A stretch of DNA of 64,000 bases, taken from sequence record MW879344.1, one strand, 5' to 3'. Every line of letters begins with the position of its first letter. The first letter of the stretch is position 1. The notes below the pieces were generated by a model. It had not been told where the DNA came from. It worked only from the letters and a program-made list of their open reading frames with translations, and did no database searches. This document shows, piece after piece, positions 45,553-55,150 of the stretch. The position numbers and the translations under genes are program-made.

Positions 45553-46968
45553 ATGTCAGTACTTGATATTATTTTAAAAATTAAAAAAACAGCCAGTACT
45601 AATTCGAAGAAAGATATTCTTAAAGAAAATATTGATAATGAAGATTTAAAGCGTGTAATTAAACTCGCCCTTGAACCTTCTATTGTTAGTGGTATTAAGA
45701 AAATTCCAGAACCAATTACTACTGACAAAAATCTTACTCTTTCTGAAGCTCTAACCTCATTAGATGCACTTTACTCTCGTACTGTAACTGGTAATGCAGC
45801 CCGTCAATTTCTTGGTGAACTATTAGGTTCAGTAAATGAATTTGATGCAGACATTATTCGCCGCGTAGTACTAAAGAATTTAGATTGTGGTATTCAAGAA
45901 AAAAATGCTAATGATGTATTTGGTAAACAATTTATCAAAGATGAACCTTATATGAGGTGTTCATTAGTAGATGAAAAAACTGTTAAGAATATTACATCTT
46001 TCAAAACTCATGGATATGCAGTTATTGAAACAAAAATGGATGGTCAATATCTTAACAGTACTATTGTAAATGATTCATTATTGTGTACCTCACGTAATGG
46101 TAAAATTTATGATTTTCTTGGCATGAAAGATGAAGATATGATTCGTCTAGCAAAAAATGTTCAAGCATTGGATTCCCGATTCAGTTCTGGTGTAGTGTTT
46201 AATGGTGAATGTTTAATCATGGGTGATGATGGTAAAGTAGTTAACCGTGAAACTGGTAATGGTATTATTCAGAAAGCTGGTAAGGATACAATGTCCGATT
46301 CAGAAGCAATGCGTGTAGTGTTTGTATTGTGGGATGTTATACCATATGATGCATTTTGTAATGGTATTTGGGAAGTTGAAAGACAAGAACGCCGTGAACT
46401 ATTAGAGAAAGCAATTAGTACGTTGGAATCAGAATTTGTTCGTTTAGTACATTATCGTAAAGTAAAAGATATTGGAGAAGCTTTTGATTTTAATACTGAA
46501 ATGATTGATGCTGGTGAAGAAGGTTCAGTACTAAAATGTGAAAGTGGTATATGGAAATCTCACACCTCACCAAAACAATTGAAAATGAAATTGAAGATGC
46601 AATTTGATTTACGTATTATTGGTTTCAATGAAGGTGAAGGTAAACGTAAAGGAATGCTTGGTGCAATTCTTTTAGAATCTGAAGATGGAGTTATCACCGT
46701 TGGATGTGGTACGGGAATCAAAGAAAAAGATAACGAGTGGACATTCCAAAGTATTTGGGATAAACGTGATGAGTTGATGGGAAAAATCGTAATGGTTGAA
46801 AGCACCTCATTAACAAAAGATAAGCGTACTGGTAAAATGAGTATCTTCCTACCATCTTTCCAAGAATTCCGATTCGATAAAGATGTAGCTGATACATATG
46901 AACGTATTCTTGAAATTCGTGAATCTGCTGTACATGTTCTTCGTGAAAAATTGGCAAGGTTAGAATGA
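45553..46968 (+). CDS. lig: ATP-dependent DNA ligase (T4 gp30-like)
   Basis: ETKMDG, SRNGK, FNGEC, EEGSVLK, KMKLK, OB-fold with LPSF. Confidence 0.95.
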   Translation: MSVLDIILKIKKTASTNSKKDILKENIDNEDLKRVIKLALEPSIVSGIKKIPEPITTDKNLTLSEALTSLDALYSRTVTGNAARQFLGELLGSVNEFDADIIRRVVLKNLDCGIQEKNANDVFGKQFIKDEPYMRCSLVDEKTVKNITSFKTHGYAVIETKMDGQYLNSTIVNDSLLCTSRNGKIYDFLGMKDEDMIRLAKNVQALDSRFSSGVVFNGECLIMGDDGKVVNRETGNGIIQKAGKDTMSDSEAMRVVFVLWDVIPYDAFCNGIWEVERQERRELLEKAISTLESEFVRLVHYRKVKDIGEAFDFNTEMIDAGEEGSVLKCESGIWKSHTSPKQLKMKLKMQFDLRIIGFNEGEGKRKGMLGAILLESEDGVITVGCGTGIKEKDNEWTFQSIWDKRDELMGKIVMVESTSLTKDKRTGKMSIFLPSFQEFRFDKDVADTYERILEIRESAVHVLREKLARLE

Positions 46969-47342
46969 TAATTTACACTAAAAGTACTTATATGGAGCCT
47001 AGACAGGCTCTATATTTTGTTCCATATTTGGATAAACATAGTTCATTACATGGTATTATTGATACAAAATTAATTTTTCAAAGTGATTTTATATCAATCA
47101 TAGATATTGATAAAAACGCACACAAAGTAATGAAAAATAGGTACGAACCACTTGACAGCATGTGGAATTCTGGTACACTATTATCTCGAATCCGAGATGA
47201 AATTCAAATAGGTTCAGAGACTGAAGGGGCGGCATATTCTTATAGTCGTAAATTCAAGTACAGTAATAAATTTGATATTTCATTGTGCGAAAACTTTGAA
47301 GAATATATAAAGGCTCTCTATGAAATTCACAGAAATTTCTGA
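46965..47342 (+). CDS. Hypothetical protein
   Basis: ATGA overlap. Confidence 0.65.
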   Translation: MIIYTKSTYMEPRQALYFVPYLDKHSSLHGIIDTKLIFQSDFISIIDIDKNAHKVMKNRYEPLDSMWNSGTLLSRIRDEIQIGSETEGAAYSYSRKFKYSNKFDISLCENFEEYIKALYEIHRNF

Positions 47343-48123
47343 TATTCACGGCGAAATTGATTTTATTAAAGAATTACCAGATCAAAAAGATACTATTCTT
47401 TTGATTCCTGGTGATATTCATGAAGTAAAAACATACTCTGCGTATCGTTCTATTGTAGAAGTACTTGTTAATAAGTACAAAGATGTTGTTATGGTTCCAG
47501 GAAACCACGAATATTACCGTAGTAACATAACTAAAGTACATCGTAAATTAAAAGAACTTGATGATGAGTTTAGTAATTTTCATTTCCTACAAGATGACTT
47601 TCGGGTATTCGAAGATGGAACTGATAAAGTACTTGTTCTTGGTGGTACATTGTGGACTGATTTTGATGGTGGAAATCCGTTAAGTAAGATTATGGCAAAA
47701 TCAATGATGAATGATTATCGCTATATTCGTCATGGGACTCCTGAATATTATTGGGGTCGTAAATTGATTCCTGATGACGTTGAATTTTTCCATTACAAAA
47801 CCAAACAATTTATCAAAAATTGTGTTGACAAACACCGTGAAATGTGCGATAATCTAAAAATAGTGGTGATGACCCACCATGCACCAAGTTTTCAAAGTGT
47901 TGATTCACGGTATGCGAATGACAGTTCGAACGGGTTTTATTGTTCTAACATGGATTACTATGTTGGTGATATTAATGCCAACGTTTGGGTACATGGTCAT
48001 GTACATTCATCTCATGATTATATGATTGGTGATACCCGTATTATTTGTAATCCACGTGGTTATGGAAATGTTCACACAAATGAAAATAAAAAATTTGACA
48101 GTACTCTAACATTTGAGGTATAA
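47320..48123 (+). CDS. Calcineurin-like metallophosphoesterase
   Basis: SDIHG, GDI, GNHEYY, THHAP, HGHVH. Confidence 0.9.
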   Translation: MKFTEISDIHGEIDFIKELPDQKDTILLIPGDIHEVKTYSAYRSIVEVLVNKYKDVVMVPGNHEYYRSNITKVHRKLKELDDEFSNFHFLQDDFRVFEDGTDKVLVLGGTLWTDFDGGNPLSKIMAKSMMNDYRYIRHGTPEYYWGRKLIPDDVEFFHYKTKQFIKNCVDKHREMCDNLKIVVMTHHAPSFQSVDSRYANDSSNGFYCSNMDYYVGDINANVWVHGHVHSSHDYMIGDTRIICNPRGYGNVHTNENKKFDSTLTFEV

Positions 48124-48125
48124 TC

Positions 48126-48551
48126 ATGGGTAGTTCAGATTCGTTAATCAAACTAATGTCAATGGTTGCTAATAAAACACAAGTAACTATTAACGATCAA
48201 GCCATGTCATTTAGTGAAATGACCATCAAGAGAACATCTGATGGTGGAACTGTTGTTATGATTGATGGTGTTCCGGCTATCGGTGATGATGTAGTCATTA
48301 ACATTGAAGTAAATGGTGATGTTGAATCTATTATGTTAGGTTCAGGTACAATTACTTGTGCCAATGTTACCAATGGTATTAAAACAGTTTCAGGGGATGT
48401 ATTCTGTGAGAATGTTCATGGGAATATTACCAGTACATCAGGGGATGTACAATGTGATGATGTAGCTGGGAACGTAAGTACTGTTTCTGGTGATGTAGAT
48501 TGTGACGATATTGGCGGGAACGCAAGTACAATATCTGGCGACATTAACTAA
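48126..48551 (+). CDS. Beta-solenoid protein (DUF4097-like SGDV repeats)
   Basis: Repeated T.SGDV.C..V.GN units. Confidence 0.7.
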   Translation: MGSSDSLIKLMSMVANKTQVTINDQAMSFSEMTIKRTSDGGTVVMIDGVPAIGDDVVINIEVNGDVESIMLGSGTITCANVTNGIKTVSGDVFCENVHGNITSTSGDVQCDDVAGNVSTVSGDVDCDDIGGNASTISGDIN

Positions 48552-48563
48552 TAAGGATAAATT

Positions 48564-49223
48564 ATGACTACTAATACTATTTCTATTCCATACGTACTAG
48601 AGCGTTCTAGTGAAGGTGAACGTTCTTATGATCTAGCATCTCGTATGATGCAAGACCGCATCATCATGATTGACCATCAATTTGATGAAGCAATGGCACA
48701 CGTTGTTAAAATGCAGTTAATGTATCTTGATGCACGTAGTAGTCAACCAATTTCTATCTACATTTCAAGTCCTGGTGGTTCAGTACATGACGGTCTTGGT
48801 ATTCGTGATGTAATTGGTAACTGTCGTTCACCTATCAAAACTATTGTTATGGGATATGCTGCAAGTATGGGATGCTATCTACAATCAGTTTGTGGTACTA
48901 AAGGCCAACGTCTTGCTGGACAAAACGCTTTTATCATGGCACACCAAGTATCCAGTGGTACTAAAGGTCTAGTAACTGATCAAGAAATTGCATTGAATCA
49001 TACTAAATCTTTGAACAAACTACTAACTTCACAAATTGCTGAAGCATGTGGTGTCTCTCATGAACAATTCCTAAAAGATTGTGATCGTGATTTGTGGCTA
49101 AATGCAGAAGAAGCTCTTAACTATGGTGAGTTCGGATTCATCGATGGTATTTTGGTTGGTGAACGTAATGAAAAAGGTCAATACAAAGTTAAACGCCGTA
49201 ATGACGTGATTGATTGGGTATAA
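48564..49223 (+). CDS. clpP: ClpP protease proteolytic subunit
   Basis: IPYV.E..ERSYD..SR..DRII; SPGG; AASMG (Ser), HQ (His), DRD (Asp) triad intact. Confidence 0.95.
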   Translation: MTTNTISIPYVLERSSEGERSYDLASRMMQDRIIMIDHQFDEAMAHVVKMQLMYLDARSSQPISIYISSPGGSVHDGLGIRDVIGNCRSPIKTIVMGYAASMGCYLQSVCGTKGQRLAGQNAFIMAHQVSSGTKGLVTDQEIALNHTKSLNKLLTSQIAEACGVSHEQFLKDCDRDLWLNAEEALNYGEFGFIDGILVGERNEKGQYKVKRRNDVIDWV

Positions 49224-49226
49224 CGA

Positions 49227-49514
49227 ATGTCTAAAAAACTAATTCGTGGGGGAGAAGTCCCCCAATCTGCTGAAGTATTAAGTACTTCAGAATTTATGGA
49301 TGTTGCACTGGAACAAATTTCCAGTACTGCATTATCAGTAAAGGGTTCCAACGAAGCTGAACCAGTTCTAACAGCTATGTCAGATATTTTGGATTTAATG
49401 TGTTCGTTCTTAAAAGCAAAGAATATTGAACCAACCGCATTATTTGAACATGCAGAAGTACTAAGGGAAACAGAAGGAACTTTCGAAAAGAAAGTAGCAG
49501 TAACTAAGGAGTAA
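49227..49514 (+). CDS. Hypothetical protein
   Basis: Contiguous ORF. Confidence 0.7.
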   Translation: MSKKLIRGGEVPQSAEVLSTSEFMDVALEQISSTALSVKGSNEAEPVLTAMSDILDLMCSFLKAKNIEPTALFEHAEVLRETEGTFEKKVAVTKE

Positions 49515-49518
49515 TACA

Positions 49519-49965
49519 ATGGCTAATAACGATCAATACAAAACAGGGTATGATTTCTTTCAGAAAAGTACTGAACTTCTATCCCCTGAACAGTTGAAAC
49601 AAATGCACCCTCTATTTCGTCGTGGGTATCGTACTGCACAAGAAGATTTGATGAAGAAATCAAATAAAACATTCCCAACAGTACTTAGTGATATTCCACG
49701 TAGACCTGTAACATTTGTTCCTGACGTGAAAGATATTCTCGCGGCTACTCGTCGCCCTCGTATGAATAAACTACATCTTCCACAAATGGAACCAATTTTG
49801 AATCTATTAGTATCATCTGTAGAACGTGAAAAAGATAAAATTACACGTTATGCTGATGTTGTTCGTCTAGTTGATGAGAAATTTAATATTATTTTACAGT
49901 ACGGTTATGATAGTGGTGTTCTAAATGAGCATGATTTAAAGCAGTATAACTACGACCCAAAGTAA
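49519..49965 (+). CDS. Hypothetical protein
   Basis: SD AGGAG. Confidence 0.75.
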   Translation: MANNDQYKTGYDFFQKSTELLSPEQLKQMHPLFRRGYRTAQEDLMKKSNKTFPTVLSDIPRRPVTFVPDVKDILAATRRPRMNKLHLPQMEPILNLLVSSVEREKDKITRYADVVRLVDEKFNIILQYGYDSGVLNEHDLKQYNYDPK

Positions 49966-50012
49966 TTAAAAAGGCCACTTAACTGTGGCCTTAAATATTT
50001 TAAGGATTATTT

Positions 50013-50564
50013 GTGAGATTACAACCTTATACACCAGAACAAACAGATCAACTACTAGCAGATATTAAATTTATTGCAACACATGCAGTAATTGTAAATG
50101 TTGAAGCAGTGGAAATTCTAGAAAAGAAATATGCAGAGTACTTAGAGCATTTTCGATGGACACTTTTTAAGTGGAAACCATTAGATAAAAAAGGATTTGT
50201 AGAATCATTGTATATCTATAAATCTTATATTATTGAAAACAATCCATCTGATGGATATTCACGAAGTACTTTTCAAGAACACTTTTTGAATGAACCAAGT
50301 AAATTTTATCGTGGTGAAACATTTCATTTTCGTTTATATCAACACCAATTAGAAAAATATGGTGTACCATTAATTACAGAAGATGAAAATAAAATAATTA
50401 AGATTGCATCAGAATTAACTGATTTCATGTTCGATTATGACTTTCATAAAAAATACTCAGTACTTGTAAATTATGCACATCGACCGTTTGAATTTGATGA
50501 AGTAGATATTGGTTGGATTGAAAGAGTAAAGCGTTATAAGAAATTAGTGGAGTCTAATCTATGA
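50013..50564 (+). CDS. Paralog family II protein
   Basis: C-terminal YAHRPFEFDEVD. Confidence 0.75.
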   Translation: MRLQPYTPEQTDQLLADIKFIATHAVIVNVEAVEILEKKYAEYLEHFRWTLFKWKPLDKKGFVESLYIYKSYIIENNPSDGYSRSTFQEHFLNEPSKFYRGETFHFRLYQHQLEKYGVPLITEDENKIIKIASELTDFMFDYDFHKKYSVLVNYAHRPFEFDEVDIGWIERVKRYKKLVESNL

Positions 50565-51088
50565 ATTACCAATTATCAGAAGAACAAAGTCGTGATGTTA
50601 TATTGCAGTTAGAAAATTATATTCCCATAATTAATAAACTAAATGAAGTTGCATATAATTTCATGATGAATTATTATAAAACCTATGTTACTAATGGTCA
50701 ATATTTTTTTGGATATATGTCGGAAGATAAGTTTTTCAAAAAGTTAGGTTCAAGAAGTGAATTTTTTGCTGTATATATGGAAGATGAAAATATTCATAGA
50801 GTGAGAGCAAGTACTCTTTTTATGGGATTTAATAATAAATTTTTGCGTAAACATGGAATTATTATTGAACCAGTTGATGCAGAAGTTATTTTTGAATCAG
50901 TTGCCTGTCCACGTCAAGATGCTTCTATTATTAATAAAGTACGAACTTTACAACATTTCCTTTCTGAATATGCAAATGTTCCGTTCAAGTTAGGTACAGA
51001 AGAATTAGAATTATATGAAAGAATTAAAACTGTAAATGCGAAACGTATAAAAGTACTTTCAGATGTTGGAGTAGAATATGATTTATAA
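50561..51088 (+). CDS. Paralog family II protein
   Basis: YANVPFKLGTEE. Confidence 0.75.
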   Translation: MNYQLSEEQSRDVILQLENYIPIINKLNEVAYNFMMNYYKTYVTNGQYFFGYMSEDKFFKKLGSRSEFFAVYMEDENIHRVRASTLFMGFNNKFLRKHGIIIEPVDAEVIFESVACPRQDASIINKVRTLQHFLSEYANVPFKLGTEELELYERIKTVNAKRIKVLSDVGVEYDL

Positions 51089-51572
51089 AAAATTATCACC
51101 AAGAGAAACATCTATTTGGATTAAAAACATTAATAAAGTTATAGACTTGAATGAACAGCTAATGATAATGGTTCGTGCTCGTTATAATTTTATGGATGCT
51201 GAATATCAAGAAAAGTACTATTCAGGTTGGAAAAGATTCTTTTATGAAAGTCGTTGTCATATTGTTTTTGGTAATATATACCAACATGGATCTTGGTTCT
51301 TTAAACTAAACAAGATGACTCCTTGGACTCGTGCTGAATTGAATATGGATTATCATACTGATAACTATTATGAAAATTGGAAGCGTAAGCTAAAAATGAC
51401 AAAAGAACGTTGGACTAAATATGCAGAACAACCATTCCAAGTTGAAGAAAAGGATGTAATCTTTTATCAGGAAATGGTAGAATTTCACCAAAAAACAATT
51501 AAAATTGCCGAAAAGCTAGGGATAGAATATGAAACATACAACTTGGATGAAGATCGCAAAGATAGTTGCTGA
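51078..51572 (+). CDS. Paralog family II protein
   Basis: YAEQPFQVEEKD. Confidence 0.75.
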   Translation: MIYKKLSPRETSIWIKNINKVIDLNEQLMIMVRARYNFMDAEYQEKYYSGWKRFFYESRCHIVFGNIYQHGSWFFKLNKMTPWTRAELNMDYHTDNYYENWKRKLKMTKERWTKYAEQPFQVEEKDVIFYQEMVEFHQKTIKIAEKLGIEYETYNLDEDRKDSC

Positions 51573-51999
51573 TGAAAGTAAATGTATTTCTCAACATGTT
51601 GGTGCGGTTATTGTAAAAAATGACCGTATTGTAAGTACTGGATATAATGGAACACCATCTAAGCAACAAAACTGTTGTGATGCAAATTCTCATTTAGTCA
51701 ATGACGGGTTTCAAGATTGGGTATCAGATGATGCCCGACATGAGCACCACTCATGGAGCCAGCTTCACGAGCTACATGCAGAGCACAATGCTCTTTTGTA
51801 TGCAAATCCCCTTGACAGAGATGGAGCAACGTTGTATTGTACTCTACAGCCTTGCTTTGTGTGTTCATTGCTCATTGCGGGATCGGGAATTAAACGTGTG
51901 ATTTATGAGACTGAATATCATCGTACACCAGTAGAAGCACTTGACGTTTTGAAAAATGCTGGTATAATTGTTGAAAGACTTTCGGACATTGAGGAATAA
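51529..51999 (+). CDS. cd: dCMP deaminase
   Basis: STGYNG, HAEHNAL, PCFVC. Confidence 0.92.
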   Translation: MKHTTWMKIAKIVADESKCISQHVGAVIVKNDRIVSTGYNGTPSKQQNCCDANSHLVNDGFQDWVSDDARHEHHSWSQLHELHAEHNALLYANPLDRDGATLYCTLQPCFVCSLLIAGSGIKRVIYETEYHRTPVEALDVLKNAGIIVERLSDIEE

Positions 52000-52002
52000 A
52001 AA

Positions 52003-52275
52003 ATGAAATTGATTATCTTTTTTGCTATTGCCCTTATCGTATTTGCTATTTTAGCAATGATCATAAAGTCCACATTAGATAGCAAAGATGTGTCTTATGG
52101 TAAAAAGAAAAACACTCGTAACTTTAAGGTTCGCTTTGATGCGGCTGCGGAAAAGTACTATATTGTGAACGAGCTTCAAACGCATGACGAACCCGTTGTT
52201 AATTGGTTAGGTAAACGTGTCATGTACAAAGAAAAGCCAAAAGCAGAATTTGTAACTGAAAAATTGAATGCATAA
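52003..52275 (+). CDS. Membrane-anchored hypothetical protein
   Basis: SD GAGGA; N-terminal TM. Confidence 0.7.
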   Translation: MKLIIFFAIALIVFAILAMIIKSTLDSKDVSYGKKKNTRNFKVRFDAAAEKYYIVNELQTHDEPVVNWLGKRVMYKEKPKAEFVTEKLNA

Positions 52276-52300
52276 AAAAGGAGCCTATGGCTCCTTTTTT
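52274..52300. terminator. Bidirectional intrinsic terminator
   Basis: AAAAAAGGAGCC-TAT-GGCTCCTTTTTT between convergent genes. Confidence 0.8.
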
Positions 52301-52320
52301 GTTTTTAAGTAATTGTAAAA

Positions 52321-53226
52321 TTAAGCAGTTACTGTTACGACACAAGTATCGGTTTTAGAACCGTCAGTTGTTGTCACAGTAATAGTACTTGTACCAACTG
52401 CTACAGCAGTAATTAAACCACTTGAGCTAACAGTTGCTGTTGCTGGAGTACCAGAAACATAAGTTACTGCCTTATTACTTGCAGTAGATGGGGCAATAGT
52501 TGCAGTTAGTTGTTGGGTTGTAGTTCCAGCTAGGCTTAGAGATACAGTTTTTGGTGCTAGGGTAACTCCAGTTACAGCAGTGGTCACAGTTACTACACAA
52601 GTATCGGTTTTAGAACCGTCTGATGTTGTAGCAGTGATTGTTGCAGAACCATTAGCTACAGCAGTAACCAATCCAGTACTTGAAACAGTAGCCTTTGTTG
52701 TATCATCAGAAGACCATGCAATAGATTTATCGGTTGCATCAGATGGTGCCACCGAAGCATCTAGTTGAGAAGTAGCCCCAACTTTTAGTGCAAGTGTATC
52801 AGGAGTTACAGTTACTCCAGTTACAGCCACAGGGTCTTGACCCTGACCTTGATAGTTAGTTAAGAATACTGCACTACCATCTTGTAGAACAACTTTGTTT
52901 AGAAGCAAGCGAACTGCGAAACCTACAACATCACCAGCAGTATCTTTAATGCTAATGCAGAAAGTTCCATTAGCTAAGTTATCAGCTATATCAGAATTAG
53001 AATCCGCCGGATCTAAATCTACACCGGTTTTATCTACACCAGTAATTTTTACGAAAGGATAAACGGTTGCACCGTCAGCAGAAAGCAAATCAAACATATT
53101 GATTGAACGTTGCTTACTGATGCGTACATTTGTTAATTTAGTACCATCGGCTAGAACAGCAGCATCAACGTTGATGCCATCTACACCGAATGGTGACTTA
53201 TTACGACCAGCAATTGGTTTTCCCAT
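52321..53226 (-). CDS. Virion-associated protein with two Ig-like (Big_2) domains
   Basis: VAVTGVTV.P..L.VG.T.QL.A.V.P..A.DK...W.S; GSKTDTCVVTVT twice; SD AGGAG; late-like GATAAATA/TATAAATG upstream; only credible minus-strand gene. Confidence 0.9.
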   Translation of the reverse strand: MGKPIAGRNKSPFGVDGINVDAAVLADGTKLTNVRISKQRSINMFDLLSADGATVYPFVKITGVDKTGVDLDPADSNSDIADNLANGTFCISIKDTAGDVVGFAVRLLLNKVVLQDGSAVFLTNYQGQGQDPVAVTGVTVTPDTLALKVGATSQLDASVAPSDATDKSIAWSSDDTTKATVSSTGLVTAVANGSATITATTSDGSKTDTCVVTVTTAVTGVTLAPKTVSLSLAGTTTQQLTATIAPSTASNKAVTYVSGTPATATVSSSGLITAVAVGTSTITVTTTDGSKTDTCVVTVTA

Positions 53227-53418
53227 AATTAATCTCCTAGAGAATCATTTATATAATAATATTTATCCAGCCAAGGACTAATATATATTTATTAGGATTT
53301 CCTTGACATAAATGTGAAGATTTGATATACTCTTTTGGTCTTAGAGACAATTAAATCTGAAGTATTTACTGAAAAAAAGTTGAAACATCAGAAAAAAATC
53401 TGTTATAATATAAACATC

Positions 53419-53462
53419 AAAGCGATGTAGCTTTGGCAACAATGACTAAGGGAGTCTTAGAA
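53419..53462 (+). promoter_or_regulatory. Conserved two-hairpin 5' leader, copy 1 (NMNAT gene)
   Basis: AAAGCGATGTAGCTTT-N10-ACTAAGGGAGTCTTAGA; promoter TTGAAA(53380)-18-TATAAT(53404). Confidence 0.7.
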
Positions 53463-54530
53463 ATGAAAAATGAAAAAGTATATGTATATATTGGTCGCTT
53501 CCAAATGGCACATAAAGGCCATGAGGAAACAATTAAACATGCACTAGAAAATGCAGACCGTTTGGTAATTCTTGTTGGTTCGTCTGACCTTGCACGTGAT
53601 CCTAAAAATCCGTTCAGTTTCACAGAACGTCAACAGGTACTGGATGCTATGAGTACTCGTTTAGCACAAGAAGAATGGGCTAAAGGGCGTTCGGTTAAGA
53701 TTAACATCTTACCAATCCACGATTACGTTTATAACAACAGCAAATGGTTAAAAGAAGTACATGAACAGGTTAAATCTGTAACTGTCAGTTCTGATATTAC
53801 TATTACTGGTTGTCAGAAAGAAGCTGACGAAAGTACTTTCTATTTGAACTTCTTTCCACAATGGAAACAGGATTTCATTGAAGAACTTAAAGTTGATGAA
53901 GCAACTATCAACAGTACTGAGATTCGCAATCAATTCTTCAGTACTAAACAAGTTCCAACGATTCTTCCAGAGGAAACTCAAGAGTTCCTAGAGAAGTTCA
54001 TGCACACTAAACCAATGGTGTTTGATAATTTGATTGGTGAATTTAACTTCATTAATCGTTATCGTTCTGAAATGATCGAAAAGTTACCATTTAAAACTAT
54101 CCCATTTATTACTGGTGATGCTTTGGTAATTTGTGCTGGTCATGTTCTATTGGTTAAACGCCGCACATTCCCAGGAAAAGGTCTATATGCACTTCCTGGT
54201 GGATTCTTCGATTCTGAACAAGATGGTGATCAAGTAGATGCCGCGATTCGTGAATTAAAAGAAGAAACCAAAATTGATGTTCCAGTAAAAGTACTTTATG
54301 GTTCTATCCGTGAAAGTATGGAATTCGGTGATAAAAACCGTTCTCTACGCTGGCGTATCATTACTAAGTGTGCGTACATCCAACTTCAGGACAATACTTT
54401 ACCAAAAGTAAAAGGTGCTGATGATGCTGAAAAAGCATTCTGGATGCCACTTGGTGATTTGGTTAACAACCGTGATAAATTCTTTGAAGACCATTTGAGT
54501 ATCATTGATACTTTCTTAGGTATTCTGTAA
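53463..54530 (+). CDS. nadM: Bifunctional NMN adenylyltransferase / ADP-ribose Nudix hydrolase (NadM-Nudix, NatV-like)
   Basis: GRFQMAHKGH, NPF, NSTEIR; Nudix GLYALPGG..AAIRELKEET; FFEDH. Confidence 0.92.
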   Translation: MKNEKVYVYIGRFQMAHKGHEETIKHALENADRLVILVGSSDLARDPKNPFSFTERQQVLDAMSTRLAQEEWAKGRSVKINILPIHDYVYNNSKWLKEVHEQVKSVTVSSDITITGCQKEADESTFYLNFFPQWKQDFIEELKVDEATINSTEIRNQFFSTKQVPTILPEETQEFLEKFMHTKPMVFDNLIGEFNFINRYRSEMIEKLPFKTIPFITGDALVICAGHVLLVKRRTFPGKGLYALPGGFFDSEQDGDQVDAAIRELKEETKIDVPVKVLYGSIRESMEFGDKNRSLRWRIITKCAYIQLQDNTLPKVKGADDAEKAFWMPLGDLVNNRDKFFEDHLSIIDTFLGIL

Positions 54531-54538
54531 GAAATATT

Positions 54539-54561
54539 GGAGTACTTCGGTACTCCATTTT
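54539..54561 (+). terminator. Intrinsic terminator with UUCG loop
   Basis: TGGAGTAC-TTCG-GTACTCCA-TTTT. Confidence 0.75.
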
Positions 54562-54573
54562 AAGTGAGGTCTA

Positions 54574-55095
54574 ATGCTTTACTGTCAACCGAATAGTTTT
54601 TATGATGAAATGATGTATGTATCAGAAAATAATGAGAGATTTTTAAAGAAACTCGCATTGACAGAATACAAAATACCTGATACAGTGCTAAATCTTGAAC
54701 CTATTGGATACCTAATAAAAATAGTTCTTACTGAACCAGATTTTTATGGCAATGATAAAATTATTGCATTACGAACTTTTGGTGTTAATGATTCATTAAC
54801 AATGACACCAAATTGTACTTATATGAGTGTTTATTATGCAATGATTGCAGAAGGTTCATTACTTATATCTAAACCAACCACTTCATATGTTTATATGAAT
54901 GATGAAGGTGAAACGATATATAAGACTTCTGATGAGTATGGTGATGAATATCATTACCGAATAGAAGATATTGCAAAAAGTAAAAGTAATGATATATATG
55001 CATTAGATGCTTATGTATATTATAGCTCTAGGTTATTTCGTCCAGATAATATCATGGCGAAAATACCAACATTTTTATTAAAAAACATGGCATAA
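54574..55095 (+). CDS. Hypothetical protein
   Basis: SD GAGG. Confidence 0.7.
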   Translation: MLYCQPNSFYDEMMYVSENNERFLKKLALTEYKIPDTVLNLEPIGYLIKIVLTEPDFYGNDKIIALRTFGVNDSLTMTPNCTYMSVYYAMIAEGSLLISKPTTSYVYMNDEGETIYKTSDEYGDEYHYRIEDIAKSKSNDIYALDAYVYYSSRLFRPDNIMAKIPTFLLKNMA

Positions 55096-55107
55096 GCCAT
55101 CAACCTG

Positions 55108-55150
55108 AAAGCGTTGTAGCTTTCACACCTATACTAAGGGAGTCTTAGAT
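55108..55150 (+). promoter_or_regulatory. Conserved two-hairpin 5' leader, copy 2 (NAMPT gene)
   Basis: AAAGCGTTGTAGCTTT-N9-ACTAAGGGAGTCTTAGA. Confidence 0.7.

Noticed and set aside
53401-53416. NadR operator-like TGTTAT-N4-TAAACA over the -10 of the NAD salvage promoter
   Set aside because: The left half-site is imperfect, overlaps an obligatory TATAAT, and I cannot confirm the spacer matches the NadR consensus; a PWM scan is needed.
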